Below are positions 53,816 to 64,000 of a stretch of 64,000 nucleotides of DNA, piece after piece. The notes beneath the pieces were generated by a model. That model was not told the DNA's origin. It searched no databases and saw only the letters and a list, made by a program, of their open reading frames with translations. The stretch is taken from positions 22,692,001-22,756,000 of the forward strand of contig NC_087440.1 of NCBI RefSeq assembly GCF_036321535.1, read 5' to 3'. Positions within the stretch are counted from its first letter, which is position 1, and each line of letters begins with the position of its first letter. This DNA comes from Camelus dromedarius (taxonomy: Eukaryota). The translations under genes and the position numbers were made by a program.

Positions 53816-55589
53816 TCTAATCGGCATGTATTCTGGATATGGCTTTCTCTTCCCTGCTAAAGGCCTCAACCAGCACCACTCTCTGAGGGCTTAAAGAGTG
53901 TTTGAGTCTCTGACATGGGACCTCACATAACATTATATCAGACTAAGAGTCCTACTTTACAGCAAAAGATTGGGCACATGGTTATAGAATATTCTGGGCC
54001 TGTCACATACTTTGCTACCCAATGGTGAATAGCGCTGACAGAGTTTAAGAACAGCCTTTCAAAGGTGCTGCTGAAGCACCATTTTAGAGATGATGGGACA
54101 CCATGCTCCAGGATGAAGTATGTACCCTATTCAATAACTATAATGCAGTGCTGTGGCTCAGCAGGTAGGATACAGAGGCCCAGGAAACAAAGGGATGAAG
54201 TAGGAATAATCCCACTTACCATCACTTCCAGTGATTCTTTTGGGGGAATTTGTGGCTCCTATTCCTACAGTTCTGGGATCTCTGGGTTTAGAGAATCTGG
54301 CTCCCAGAGGTGGAACACTTCTACCAGGGCACAGAACAAGAATCCCATAAACTTTAAGTGTGGCCGCTTCCAGCCTTTTGGACTCCTTGTGCCAAGAGAC
54401 CAGCAGGCAAAAAAAAGAAGTCACCTCCTGACAGGGGTACCAGAACCTGATCCTTGGAAAGGGATAGGGCTGCTGCTGCATAATGGGGTCAGAGAAGATT
54501 TTGTTTGGCACCCAGGTGATCCTCTAGGGTGTCTCTTGGTACTCCCTTGCACAGTTTTAATAATAAGTGGACAAATTTGGCAGCATGGTTTCAGAAGAGC
54601 ATGGAGGTTAGGAGCTCAGATTCCTTGAGAATGAGGACCTGAGTCACCCCACCAGGTAAGCCACCCAGTCTAGGAGAGGTACAAGCCGAAGGAAAAGAGA
54701 ATTTAGAACTGATAATGTGGCGGGGTGGGGGTGGGGCTGAATATCAGTGTGACACCAAGGCAAGCTGCAGTAGTAGGGGTTATAGTTCATTCTACTTACT
54801 TTCCCAGAGAAAGCAATCACCAGAATTCTGGAGGAGCTATTCCCAGGCAGAGTGTGCTTACCATATGATGCAAACAGTTCCAAGCAAAGCGGTGGGGAGA
54901 GGTACTACCCATATCCTGCCTCTGGGACCAAGAAGCTTATCCTCACGTTACCAGGAGCATTGGCTGCTGATGGCTCACAGCTGAGTCTCTCCCTGGGCAT
55001 TGCCTTCAGCTGCGAAAGGGAGCTGTCTTGCCTAACTTTATGAGGGATAATCTGCCTGGTCAATGAGGGGGATTCAAAGGTCCAGCCCTCTTGCCTCAGT
55101 TGGGGCCAGCTCTGAAGGATCACCACAATCCCCTCGGGCTCCCCATGGAGGCGTCCTTTGTTGTGACTGCATCCTTGATTAATTTCTTCTTCTACTCAGT
55201 CTTGATTCTTTCACTCTCTCAGATGGGTTGTATTGTTTCTGAAAGCACTTTCCGATAAACTTTCTGCAAGCAAGTTTCATAATGTTTCATGAGAAACTTG
55301 ACCCAAGACAGTCATCTAAGTCACCTAAGATTCCAACCTTTGGGAACCAGGTGAAGTCTCATCTATTTGAAGGTGGACCTCCCAGCCACCTCTGTCTTCT
55401 ATGCTGGGGTTCCCTGTACCAGTCCTCACAGAGTGTCAGGTGTATACTACATCCTGGCCACCCTCAACCAAATGTCCTCCAGCTTGTGCATTTCTCCACA
55501 ATAAAGCCCACTAGACTGAAGTCCCTGAGTACATTAGATGTGGTCTGACATGTCAAGAATGAGAATCGGACTAAGTCTTCCTTGGTTCT

Positions 55590-55775
55590 AGAGCTATGGC
55601 TGCACATTGGAACCAAGGTTGAAGCTCTTTAGAAATCCGAACTCCTCACTTCTTCCCCTCTCCCCACCCACCCATCCCAGGTCCTGATTCAGAGGGTCCA
55701 GGTGCAACAAGGAATGTGCAGTGTTACTAGAGCTTCTCAGGCAATTCTGATTGACATCAAGATGGAGAATCACTG
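55590..55775. mobile_element. MER5-like hAT MITE
   Basis: ggctgcacattggaacc...ctgattcag...gcaattctgat...gagaatcactg. Confidence 0.5.
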
Positions 55776-56534
55776 GGCTCAGTACTCGACTTTAATTCAG
55801 CAGCCTAAGAGTCTGTCCGCTTTTTTGGCAGCCTTTTCGTTTGACTCATATGGAGCTGGCTGTCAGCAAAACCCCTCAGTTTTATTCACACATGCTTCTG
55901 CTAAGCCGCTACTTCCCCACTCTGTCCTTGTACAGTCGGTGACTTGGAGCCAAGCCCGGATCTCAGTTAAGCCCTGTTCATTTTACCTTGTGAGGTTCAG
56001 GCTGTTGCGTTAGCAGGTTAGCATGTTTTGGGAACCTGTATTTCCCAATACATTCCCTGTCCTCACTGGATTCAAGAAGTTGAGGGGCTTGTTCATTGTG
56101 TCTTTGCCCAGGTCCTGGTGAAAAGGTGGACCAGGATAGCAAGAAGGATGGAAGCAATCAATCAGTTCTGAGGGCATTCCTCATGTGCAATGCTCCATGC
56201 CCACCTGGAGAAGGACATCACCTAACTTATTTCCATCACACTTATGAAAACAGGTCCGTTTCATAGACAGAAAAATGGAAGGAGTAATGTACCCAAGGAC
56301 ATCCTGTAGGGGAAGGAGCCAATCCTTTTCCTGCCATCTTCAACGCTCATCTTTAGGTTTGTCACCTTTCAGAGGAAAGTGACAAGTTTGGCCTTTCTGA
56401 TTGGAAAGAGATTTTTAGAGCCAGAAGGAATCTTGGAAATGATCAAAAGCTTAACAGATCAGAGAGCTCAGGTAACTTGCCAAGCTCTCATAGCAAACCT
56501 TTGCTCCGGTTGAGACTAAAATCTGGGCTTCTTA

Positions 56535-56805
56535 GGGGAGGGTATAGCTCAAGTGGTAGAGCACATGCTTTATATGCACGAGGTCCTAGGTTCAATTCCC
56601 AGTACCTCCATTAAAAATATAATTAAATAAATAAACCTAATTACCTCTGCCACCAAAAAAAATTCTGGGGGAAGGATATAGTTCAAGTGGTAGAGCGCGT
56701 GCTCAGTATACAAGAGGTCAGGGGTTCAATCCCCAGCACCTCCTCAAGCAGAAGTCAATGAAGAAACCTAATTACCTCCCCCTCATAAAACAAACAATAC
56801 AAGTG
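56535..56805 (+). mobile_element. Head-to-tail pair of Vic-1-like SINEs (56535-56662 and 56667-56805)
   Basis: Two A-box/B-box heads, each followed by aacctaattacctc. Flanked by a 16-bp direct repeat aaaatctgggc(t/c)tctt at 56518-56533 and 56806-56821. Confidence 0.88.
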
Positions 56806-57550
56806 AAAATCTGGGCCTCTTGAGAAGGGATCCAGTGTTCTCGCAGCTTCGCCTACAGGTAAGTTTAATACAAAATGACACTTCAAAGGGAAACACACAT
56901 GGGACTGATTCTTTTCTGTTTCTAAGTCCCAGATGGTTCCTTCTGTGATTCTAGGAGGGGCTGACATGGGAGAACAGGCAACGGATTTCCTCCTGGGCTT
57001 CTGCAGAGAACTCCTGATTGCCTGTCCTTCCAACCTAAGGAGTTAGAACCTCAGCACCTGCCACCAGCCTTGTCCCTGCCTCCATTCACACTTAGCTCTC
57101 AGTGTGCAGAGGGTGGCTGCATCCAGAGCCACAGCTAGACATACAGCCAGACTCATGGACAGCTCCTGGTCCTCACTCTCACACCCGCCTCATCAGCTGC
57201 GGGGGCTGTAATGGTGTGAAGGTGGTGGGAGGTGTTTGTCCATGATGTGAGCCCTTGTGCTCATGACTTCATGAGTTCAGCCTGCTTCAAGTCTACAACC
57301 AGGAGCACCCCTAACTCAGCCTCCCTTGGGAAGGTGGGTCCAGCCCCTGATCCACACAAACTGCTAAAAAAAAAATCCAAAGAGCAAGTCAGTGAAGATT
57401 CTTGTGGAAAAAATTGCAATATATACTGAGGAAGAAGTAATAAGAAACTGCATTTCTCCTTTCAGTGTCTGCTAACAAGTAATAATGATAATAACAACAA
57501 CAACAATAACAACACTATTGAGCTCACATGCAAGCACTGTATTAAGTACT

Positions 57551-57690
57551 GTATATATATTATATATATATTTTTTTACTTAAGTGTAGTCAGTTTACAA
57601 AGTGTCAGTTTCTGGTGTACAGCATAATGCTTCAGTCATACATGAACATATATTCATTTTCATATTCTTTTTCACCATAAGTTACTATAA
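57551..57690 (-). mobile_element. Short L1 3' end inserted into a MIR
   Basis: ttctggtgtacagcataatgcttcagt; flanked by tgtatt(a/g)agtact at 57538-57550 and 57691-57703. Confidence 0.75.
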
Positions 57691-57699
57691 TGTATTGAG

Positions 57700-57835
57700 T
57701 ACTTTACCTCCATTATATTATTTCTTATAATGTCCTATGAGGCATAATTATCCCCATTTTATAGGTGAGAAAGTTGAGGCACAGGAAAGTTAAGCATCAC
57801 CAGATAAACCAGCTAGTAAGCGTCTGGGCTTATAG
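57700..57835 (-). mobile_element. MIR fragment
   Basis: tatccccattttataggtgagaaagttgaggcacaggaaagttaag. Confidence 0.65.
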
Positions 57836-58379
57836 AGCAGTGAGCCCAGTCTGGCTCCCTGTGCCAGACTAGGAAACAGAACCTTGAGGATGCAACATCT
57901 GAGCCTTCTTCATTCTAAAAGTAAACTAGCCATTAGCTGAAGATGCACAACAGGCCTCCAGACTCCTGAACCCCACTGCTTCATCAGACACGTCTTGGCA
58001 TCAGGTAAGAAACCTACCTAATCTGACTCTTGCTTGGCTGGTAACTGAGTCCCCTGAAGATCTGAGTTCACCTTCCACCACTAAACTTCTCTGACAAACA
58101 GTCTGAGAAACCAAAAAGCATGAGGTCCCCACAAAAGGCTGCCAAGTGAGCAAGTGATTTCGAGACCTGCCTCTGGGGCTCCAGCACCGCGTTGCGTGTA
58201 ATTCTCACTGCCTTCTGTGACCCAAAGCTCGTACGTGCCAAACTCTCCAGCATCCTCATCTCCACAGTTCACAACTGACAGACCCACTGTGGCTTCCCTG
58301 AGGATCTGCTTTCCCAGGATTCCCCGCCTTTCCCCGGATTCCCGGCCTTTCCCCAGGAGGCATGTGCTTTCCAGTACGC

Positions 58380-58393
58380 CCAGCAGGGGGCAT
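58380..58393 (+). promoter_or_regulatory. CTCF core motif CCAGCAGGGGGCAT
   Basis: Matches the consensus core. Confidence 0.55.
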
Positions 58394-60319
58394 CCTCACC
58401 CTTCCACCCTCTTCCCCCTGGAGGTGGGGGGAGGTGAGATTGGCGGACTGTCTGAGGTGCCCTCTACTCAGCTCAGCCCAGGAGCCAATTTCCCAGACTG
58501 GGTGTTGTGTGACACTCCTGATTTTCCCTATATTCACTCTACCATTATTTACACAGTATTTTTGTCAGTTCACCTAACTGTATTTTAAAAAACCTAACTG
58601 TATTTTTAAAGGGAAAAAAGCCCTCTTTGATGAAGGTTTTCCTGTCTTCCCCCGCTGCATGGATGTTCTGCATTCTAAGGGCTGCTTTGCAGGATGTGGG
58701 CAGGAGAGGACAGGCCCCGCTGAAGCTGCAGTTTGGGGATCTCAAGAACTGGATTCAGGCGGTGCCATCTCTGGTTTAGTAAAGATGGGTGAGGTTTTTA
58801 GTCTGTGGATTCAGAGCCTCAACCTTCAGAGATTAAAAAGTCAAGAGTGAAGAGTCCTCAAACCCCTGCCTCCCTGTGGTGCCTTCAGTCCCGTGAAATG
58901 GGAGAGCCTGTACCTTCCTCTCCCCATGCTGCAGGAGAGGGAGGGGACTGTCTTTCCAGACCCAAAGTAGAGACAAGGCTGCAGGGCAGACAAGAAGGAG
59001 CGACTTGGGTGCAGGAGCAGGGGCAGCTGCAGGTGACAGGTGCACGGGCTTTGGAAAGGGGCAGGGATTTCCCTTGCAAAATCCATTCAAACAGACAGAG
59101 AGGGAACCTGATCCCAAGGAGGGAGTTGGAACAGCAGGAGACACCAGAGGGGCCCCCAGAGGGGCCCAAGGCTGGAGGGCTGGGGGAGGAGAGATGAGAG
59201 ACAGCAGGGCTTAGAGAGCGGGGAGAGGATGAGTCCTGAGGGCAGAGAATTGGAAGCATGGAAGATTCCCAAACTCTTTCCAGGGGCTCAGTCAGGCCTT
59301 ACTTCAGGCTCCAGCCCCATGGTCTTAGACTTGTCTTTCTGCGTGTTATTTTTGCGCTAGGAATCCCTCAGCTCCAGCTTCCAGTGGCCCCATCCTCCTG
59401 CCTGGGCTGGGACTGGCCAGTAGAGGCAGTTCTAGGGCCTGGGTGAGGGTCCCGTTGTTGTGTTGGGGCGGGAACAAAGGCACATGGTGGGACCTGGGGC
59501 AGAAAGCCAGGCCCTGAGAGGGGAAGGAAGTCCTGGGCAGAGCTCCCAGCTCCCCCAGCTGGGTTAAGAAGGGTGATAAGAGCAGGTTAGGCAAGAGGAA
59601 GTGGGCTGGGCTGAGCTGGGCTGTGACTGAGTCCCTGGGCCTGGCCTGGGACAGGGCAGCATTAGGGCCCTGCACCCTGGGCAACACCCTGAGCTGAGGC
59701 CTCTCTGAGCCAGCGAGCAAGCGGGTAGTCCTCCAGTCCCCAAGTGTTCTCCCCCAGGCCACAGCGCAGGGCAGAGGGGGGAGCCTGGCAGGAGAGCACA
59801 GGGGGGGCTGGTGGCCAAAGGTTGCTCAAAGCACTTGTTGCTAAAGCGGTTGTCTGTAGAGTGGGGTTGTGTGTAGAGTGGCGGCTGGCCAGTGAGCTTC
59901 AGGTCTTGGCCAGGTGCAGAGGGGGGAGTCACTTGTGGTGGGTGAGGGGTGGGATTGCCTCACTTGCACCTCATTTTCATGGGGAGGAAGCATTGAGAAA
60001 GAGGAGTCTAGTGTTCAGTGAACTTTGCTTATTCAAAACAATCCCAGCTGGAACCCGCCCCACCCTCAGCTCCCACCTCCAGGGTGGTCCCAGCCTCTTC
60101 TGTCTCTGGGAGAGACCCCTGTGCTCTGGGCCCCACTGCTGTCAGGGTCACTTCCCCTGGTGAACTCCTTGCTCTCTCCTCTAAGTGTCCATTTGGGCAA
60201 GAGTAACCCCATCTGGTCCCCACCCATCGCTGCATCTGACTACCCCGGGGACTGAGAGGCTCCCGCTCCAAGGCAACCAGGCCTCATGACCTGCCTCTCA
60301 GTCCTGAACAGAGAAGGAA

Positions 60320-60657
60320 GCCCTGAGCAGGAAGTGCTGAGAAACAGGGTGGGGGCGGGGGATTTGAGGAGGGGAGCCCGGCCTCCCTGGGCAGGAGCAG
60401 CAACCACAGACCCCTACTGCAGGCGGGCGGGAGGAGGCTGATTTAAAAGGCAGATGGGCCTCTGGCCAAAGCACTCAGCTCTGCGCCCTGCCACTGTGCC
60501 CTAGGGGCTATAAGAGCACCCAGACTTCCGGACCAGCTCCGGGGCGGGTGCCATGTGAGCCCAGTCAGGCTCCTCTCCTGCCCGCCCTCCTTCCGCCCCT
60601 CCCCCTGCCCGCGGTGCTGTGCCTGCCCAGCCTCTCCAAAGAGGGACACTTGGCACC
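60320..60657 (+). promoter_or_regulatory. PLCB2: PLCB2 proximal promoter: ETS/PU.1-type CAGGAAGTG (60328-60336), ACTTCCGG (60524-60531), TATAAG (60509-60514), GC boxes
   Basis: Motifs read directly upstream of the ATG; consistent with known haematopoietic expression of PLCB2. Confidence 0.55.
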
Positions 60658-60741
60658 ATGTCTCTGCTCAACCCTGTCCTGCTGCCCCCAAAGGTGAAGG
60701 CTTATCTGAGCCAAGGGGAGCGCTTCATCAAATGGGACGAT
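60658..60741 (+). CDS. PLCB2: Phospholipase C beta 2, coding exon 1 (gene continues beyond the window)
   Basis: caccATG...GAT then donor gtgagt gives [28 protein letters not shown], the PLCB2 N-terminus. I did not find exon 2 before base 64000. Confidence 0.96.
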
Positions 60742-63700
60742 GTGAGTGGGGCCGGGCCGAGGGCTGGTGGGGTGCTGGGGTGGTGGGATGGCTGCTAGGG
60801 GCTTTGCCAGGGGTCTAGGTTGGTTTAAGTCTGCCAGGATTCAGGTGCCTGGGTGGCTTGGCCAGGCAGCTGACACAACTGCCCAGATAAACAAAGCTAG
60901 GGGTGAGGGTGCGTGCCCTGAGCCCATGTCCTGGGGCTGCCAGGGCTATGGCTCTGTATCTGGATGTGGGAACAGGGTGCCTGTCTGGGTGGTCATGGGA
61001 GGAAGTTTCTTTGGGTCTGGGTCTGTCCTTCGCCAAAGCTCCCAAGAAGAGCAGAGTTTCTTGCTCCTGGTCTCAGCAGTGGTGGGAGGAAAGTGGCCCC
61101 AGAGCTGAAGCAGGGCCAGAAGCAGAGGTGAGCCAGGTGCCTGCTCCCAGCACAGACAGCCCACTCTTGCCCCAGCGAGATGCCCGAACTGGAATCTTCA
61201 CCGCTTCCCACTTGGCCCTGGCCCTGTCCCAGGGAAGCTCGACTCTCCCCCAGCTGCTGTGGGGCAGCCACAGAAGGCCCCTGGACCCCAAGTGAGAACT
61301 GGAGGCTTTGCTCCCAGGGACCGGGAGGGAACGGATAGACTTCTGCTTCAGCCCTCTGCTCTCAGCCTGGCTCCCTGATGCCGGCCTGTATGCAAGGAAG
61401 GGAGAAGCCATGCTTTGCCCTGCACTTCCATCTCTACTGTGTCTGCTCCTTCCCAAACCGGGGCCTGCTTCCCAGCCTCTGGTCCTCCTAGACCCTGAAA
61501 ATGTGTGTGTTGCCACAGGCCAGGGATTCTTCTGGACCAATGAGAACAATATAGGGCCCCTCCTTCAGGGAGGGGAGGCTGCTGGGCTGGCCCAGTGTGA
61601 GAGTCAGAGCCGGCTGGTCCCAGGAAGGGAACCTGAAGGCCCTGATAGGGGAGGAAGGGCCCTTAGGGCTGATTCATCCTCCTTACAGGGGGGAAGACGG
61701 GGCTCTGGGTCTGTTAGTTAAGGCTCTCAGTCCTTCTGGGTTCAGCTAGGCTGAGAAATTTGGAATTTGGTTGCCATGACTATGGGGAGGGGGCCCCATG
61801 GCGAGATGCTTTCTGCTTCCTCCGGAGTGGTGTGGTCACTGTGGCATGGTGGAGCTATGTCCCAGGAGCCTGTAGAATGAGGGAAGTAGCTCAGAATGAA
61901 ACGTGAAGTGGCCTCTCTCGGTTCCTCTGGGAAATGTGTGTGACCTGATGGAGCAGAGGGTCATTAGGGATGGGGACGTTCGAAGTAGCCTTCTCTGCAA
62001 GCCAGCATCTGTGTACCTGGCTGGCCCGCTGCCCTTCCCAAGGCAGGGCACTGCAGGGTCCTGGATCCTACCTCCCACGAGCAGGAATCGTCCAGTCAGG
62101 GGTCACGTGTAACTGCCTGACAGGGCTCTGCTCTCAGACTGCCTTCAGCCTAGTTGGTAGATGACCTAGGTATTGGATAAGCACAATGCACAGGAAGTAA
62201 TCAACTCCCTACTTAATTTTGTGTCCCACAGCCCCTTTACAATGTATTCTGTGGAAGAAGCTCTCCTACAACCCATGGAAGGAAACAGCCATCTCAAGAC
62301 ATTCCGTTTGCTCTTGGCGAACAGACAAGTCTAGGGACATCTTTCCTCAAAAAGCCCAGTCTTACTTCAGAAACTAGTTATAACTCAAAACTCCAACCTT
62401 AATTTAGAATGACATCTGCCCCACCTCCATCTAAGAATGGTTTCAGGTGGAAACCTCTGGAAAGGCCTGTGGGAGGACTCTCTGCTCCTCTTCTACTGCT
62501 TGGGATGGGGTGCAGGGAGGGAGGAAGGAATGGGGTACCAAAGTTTTTAATTGAGCAGGTGCTATCATAAACTGGGCCTGGCAAAAGGGCAAGGCTTACG
62601 CTTTCTCTCAGGAATATTTTTGAGGACTCTTAGGAGACCCTCCCCCTGAGCGTGGGATCTCTTGCTTAGGGTCCTCCTGCCACCTTGATCTCAGGAGGTC
62701 ACGCGCAATTACTTCTTCAGCCCCTCAGAATCCAGTTACTGCCTTCCGCTCCCTGCAGCTTTGGACTGTTTGTCTGTCTCTCCCACAGGCCCCCTCTGGA
62801 CCCAGCAAATACTCATGGGTTCATTGCCCCAGAGACTCTGAGGCTTCCAGCTCACCTAACACGCCAGCGTCTCTCTGTCTCTGACAGTCAGCCCACCTGT
62901 CACCCACCTGATCTCCTGGGCGGGAGTCAGACCCCAGTCTGTTATGCCCCACAACTGCAGGGGTGACAAAAGCTCTCCAAGTGCAGGCTTAACATGAGGG
63001 GTCAGGCACCCCAACCCTCCTTGGTGGAGGGAAGAGAATGGAGCTTATAATACAGCTTTCTCCAAAATTAGCTTCCTCACACAGTGTTCTCTTTCCCCTA
63101 TACTCTAGCCACCCCTGATCTGAGAACCTTTTTCTGGACCATTTCCTTTGTGAATTCTGCATTTGGTCTGGTATGGTGTGCATTAATTACCATGCCTTGT
63201 TGGAAACTTCAATTTTAATGTCTTGTTATTCATGCACACAAAGACCATTAAAAAAAAAAGGGAGTCTGTGTGCTCTGTGAGTGGAGCAGGAATTCAGAAT
63301 TGAGTTCATTCTTCATTCACTCACTCCTTTAGCAAACCTGGGGCGTGGAGCTCATGGTCTAGGACAGGATTTTTTCCCCAGGGGAAGCGGGAGACCCTGG
63401 GGAATTTCCCGGATGGGCTCCTAGGTCTGAGAACTCACCCCTACTCCACTGTAGCAGCATCTTTCTGGAAAGGCTTTTCAGAAGCTGTCCTTTGATGGTA
63501 TTTCAGCCAGGAGTGATTGGATGCTTAGGCCTGGAGGCACTGGTTGTCTATGGGACAGTTGGATGGGTGGGGTGGGGGGATTCATGGAGGGGAGGACTGG
63601 GCGAGTGGGAAGTGAGGCTCTGGTGTGGGAGTTGGACTCTTGGCGCTCACCATGTTGAGCTCTCCCGGGGGTAGCACGGAGTCTTGGGGAGGGAACTTCT

Positions 63701-64000
63701 ACCACTTTGGCTGAGCTGTGGGCCTTGAAAACAGGCAGGGTGAGGGCCAAGACCCTTCTTGGGGCCTAGAGGAAGAAACTATTTGAGATTTAGAGGGGAA
63801 CCCTCCTCTCTTCCAGAAGGGTCATCTCCAATCCACTACCCCTCCCCACCCCTGCTTCAGAGTTTTTAAGGCTCATGCTCAGCCCTTAGCTCTGGAGAAC
63901 AAAGGGAAATGCCTGCAGATTCCTGGGACAGCCACCTCCTGGACAGATGGTGAGCTCTGAAACTCCTGGCCTGGGCCAGGAAAGATTGGCCTGAAGTCTC

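Larger units (their letters stand above)
50345..55310 (+). mobile_element. Degenerate ERVL-class provirus (ERV3-16A3/LTR16-like), interrupted by Charlie1-like and SINE insertions
   Basis: gag-like 50740-51200 (ATGCCAGAACTACC...GAAGGCCCAGAGGATACT). RNaseH/integrase-like 53229-53950 (RGMWMYLWEWTQSVKIYTLHINAHQKTSTMEERLNDQVDRMT). dUTPase-like 54360-54600 (GLLVPRDQQAKK...IGLLLHNGVREDFVWHPGDPLGCLLVLPC). G-rich polypurine tract near 54720. 3' LTR ends acccaagaca at 55310. A homologous LTR segment lies at 50345-50465. Confidence 0.8.

Noticed and set aside
54065-54628. 187-aa ORF as a domesticated retroviral gene
   Set aside because: Only part of it is in the ERVL frame; surrounding pol has frameshifts, stops and a SINE insertion.
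56535-56760. tRNA-like sequences here and at 24169 and 53706
   Set aside because: A- and B-boxes are followed by SINE body and A-rich tail with TSD; not full cloverleaf tRNA genes.

Overview
Mammalian genomic DNA, most likely a camelid: it carries four tRNA-derived SINEs resembling Vic-1 and cetartiodactyl-type L1 tails. It is syntenic with human 15q15.1 in reversed orientation. Genes resolved by splice sites and frame continuity are DISP2 (minus, 8 coding exons, 1402 aa), PHGR1 (minus, 98 aa, absent from the ORF track because its ATG lies in a separate exon and it uses an 8-nt microexon), CCDC9B/C15orf52 (plus, 11 exons, 506 aa), INAFM2 (minus, N-terminal half in an N-gap) and coding exon 1 of PLCB2 (plus). 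Intergenic DNA holds MIR, L2, L1 and MER5-like repeats. An old ERVL provirus (about 50.3-55.3 kb) is interrupted by a Charlie1-like hAT fossil and a SINE. Six assembly gaps are present. I see no clearly new gene system; this is a known conserved locus. The best leads are a homogenised 36-bp His-Cys-His repeat in PHGR1, a frameshifted CCDC9B N-terminal extension whose stop overlaps an in-frame ATG, a non-canonical REST site in the DISP2 5' UTR, oriented CTCF motifs, a candidate PU.1-IRF enhancer and the nested ERVL. Orthologue comparisons and repeat-family names come from memory, not database searches.
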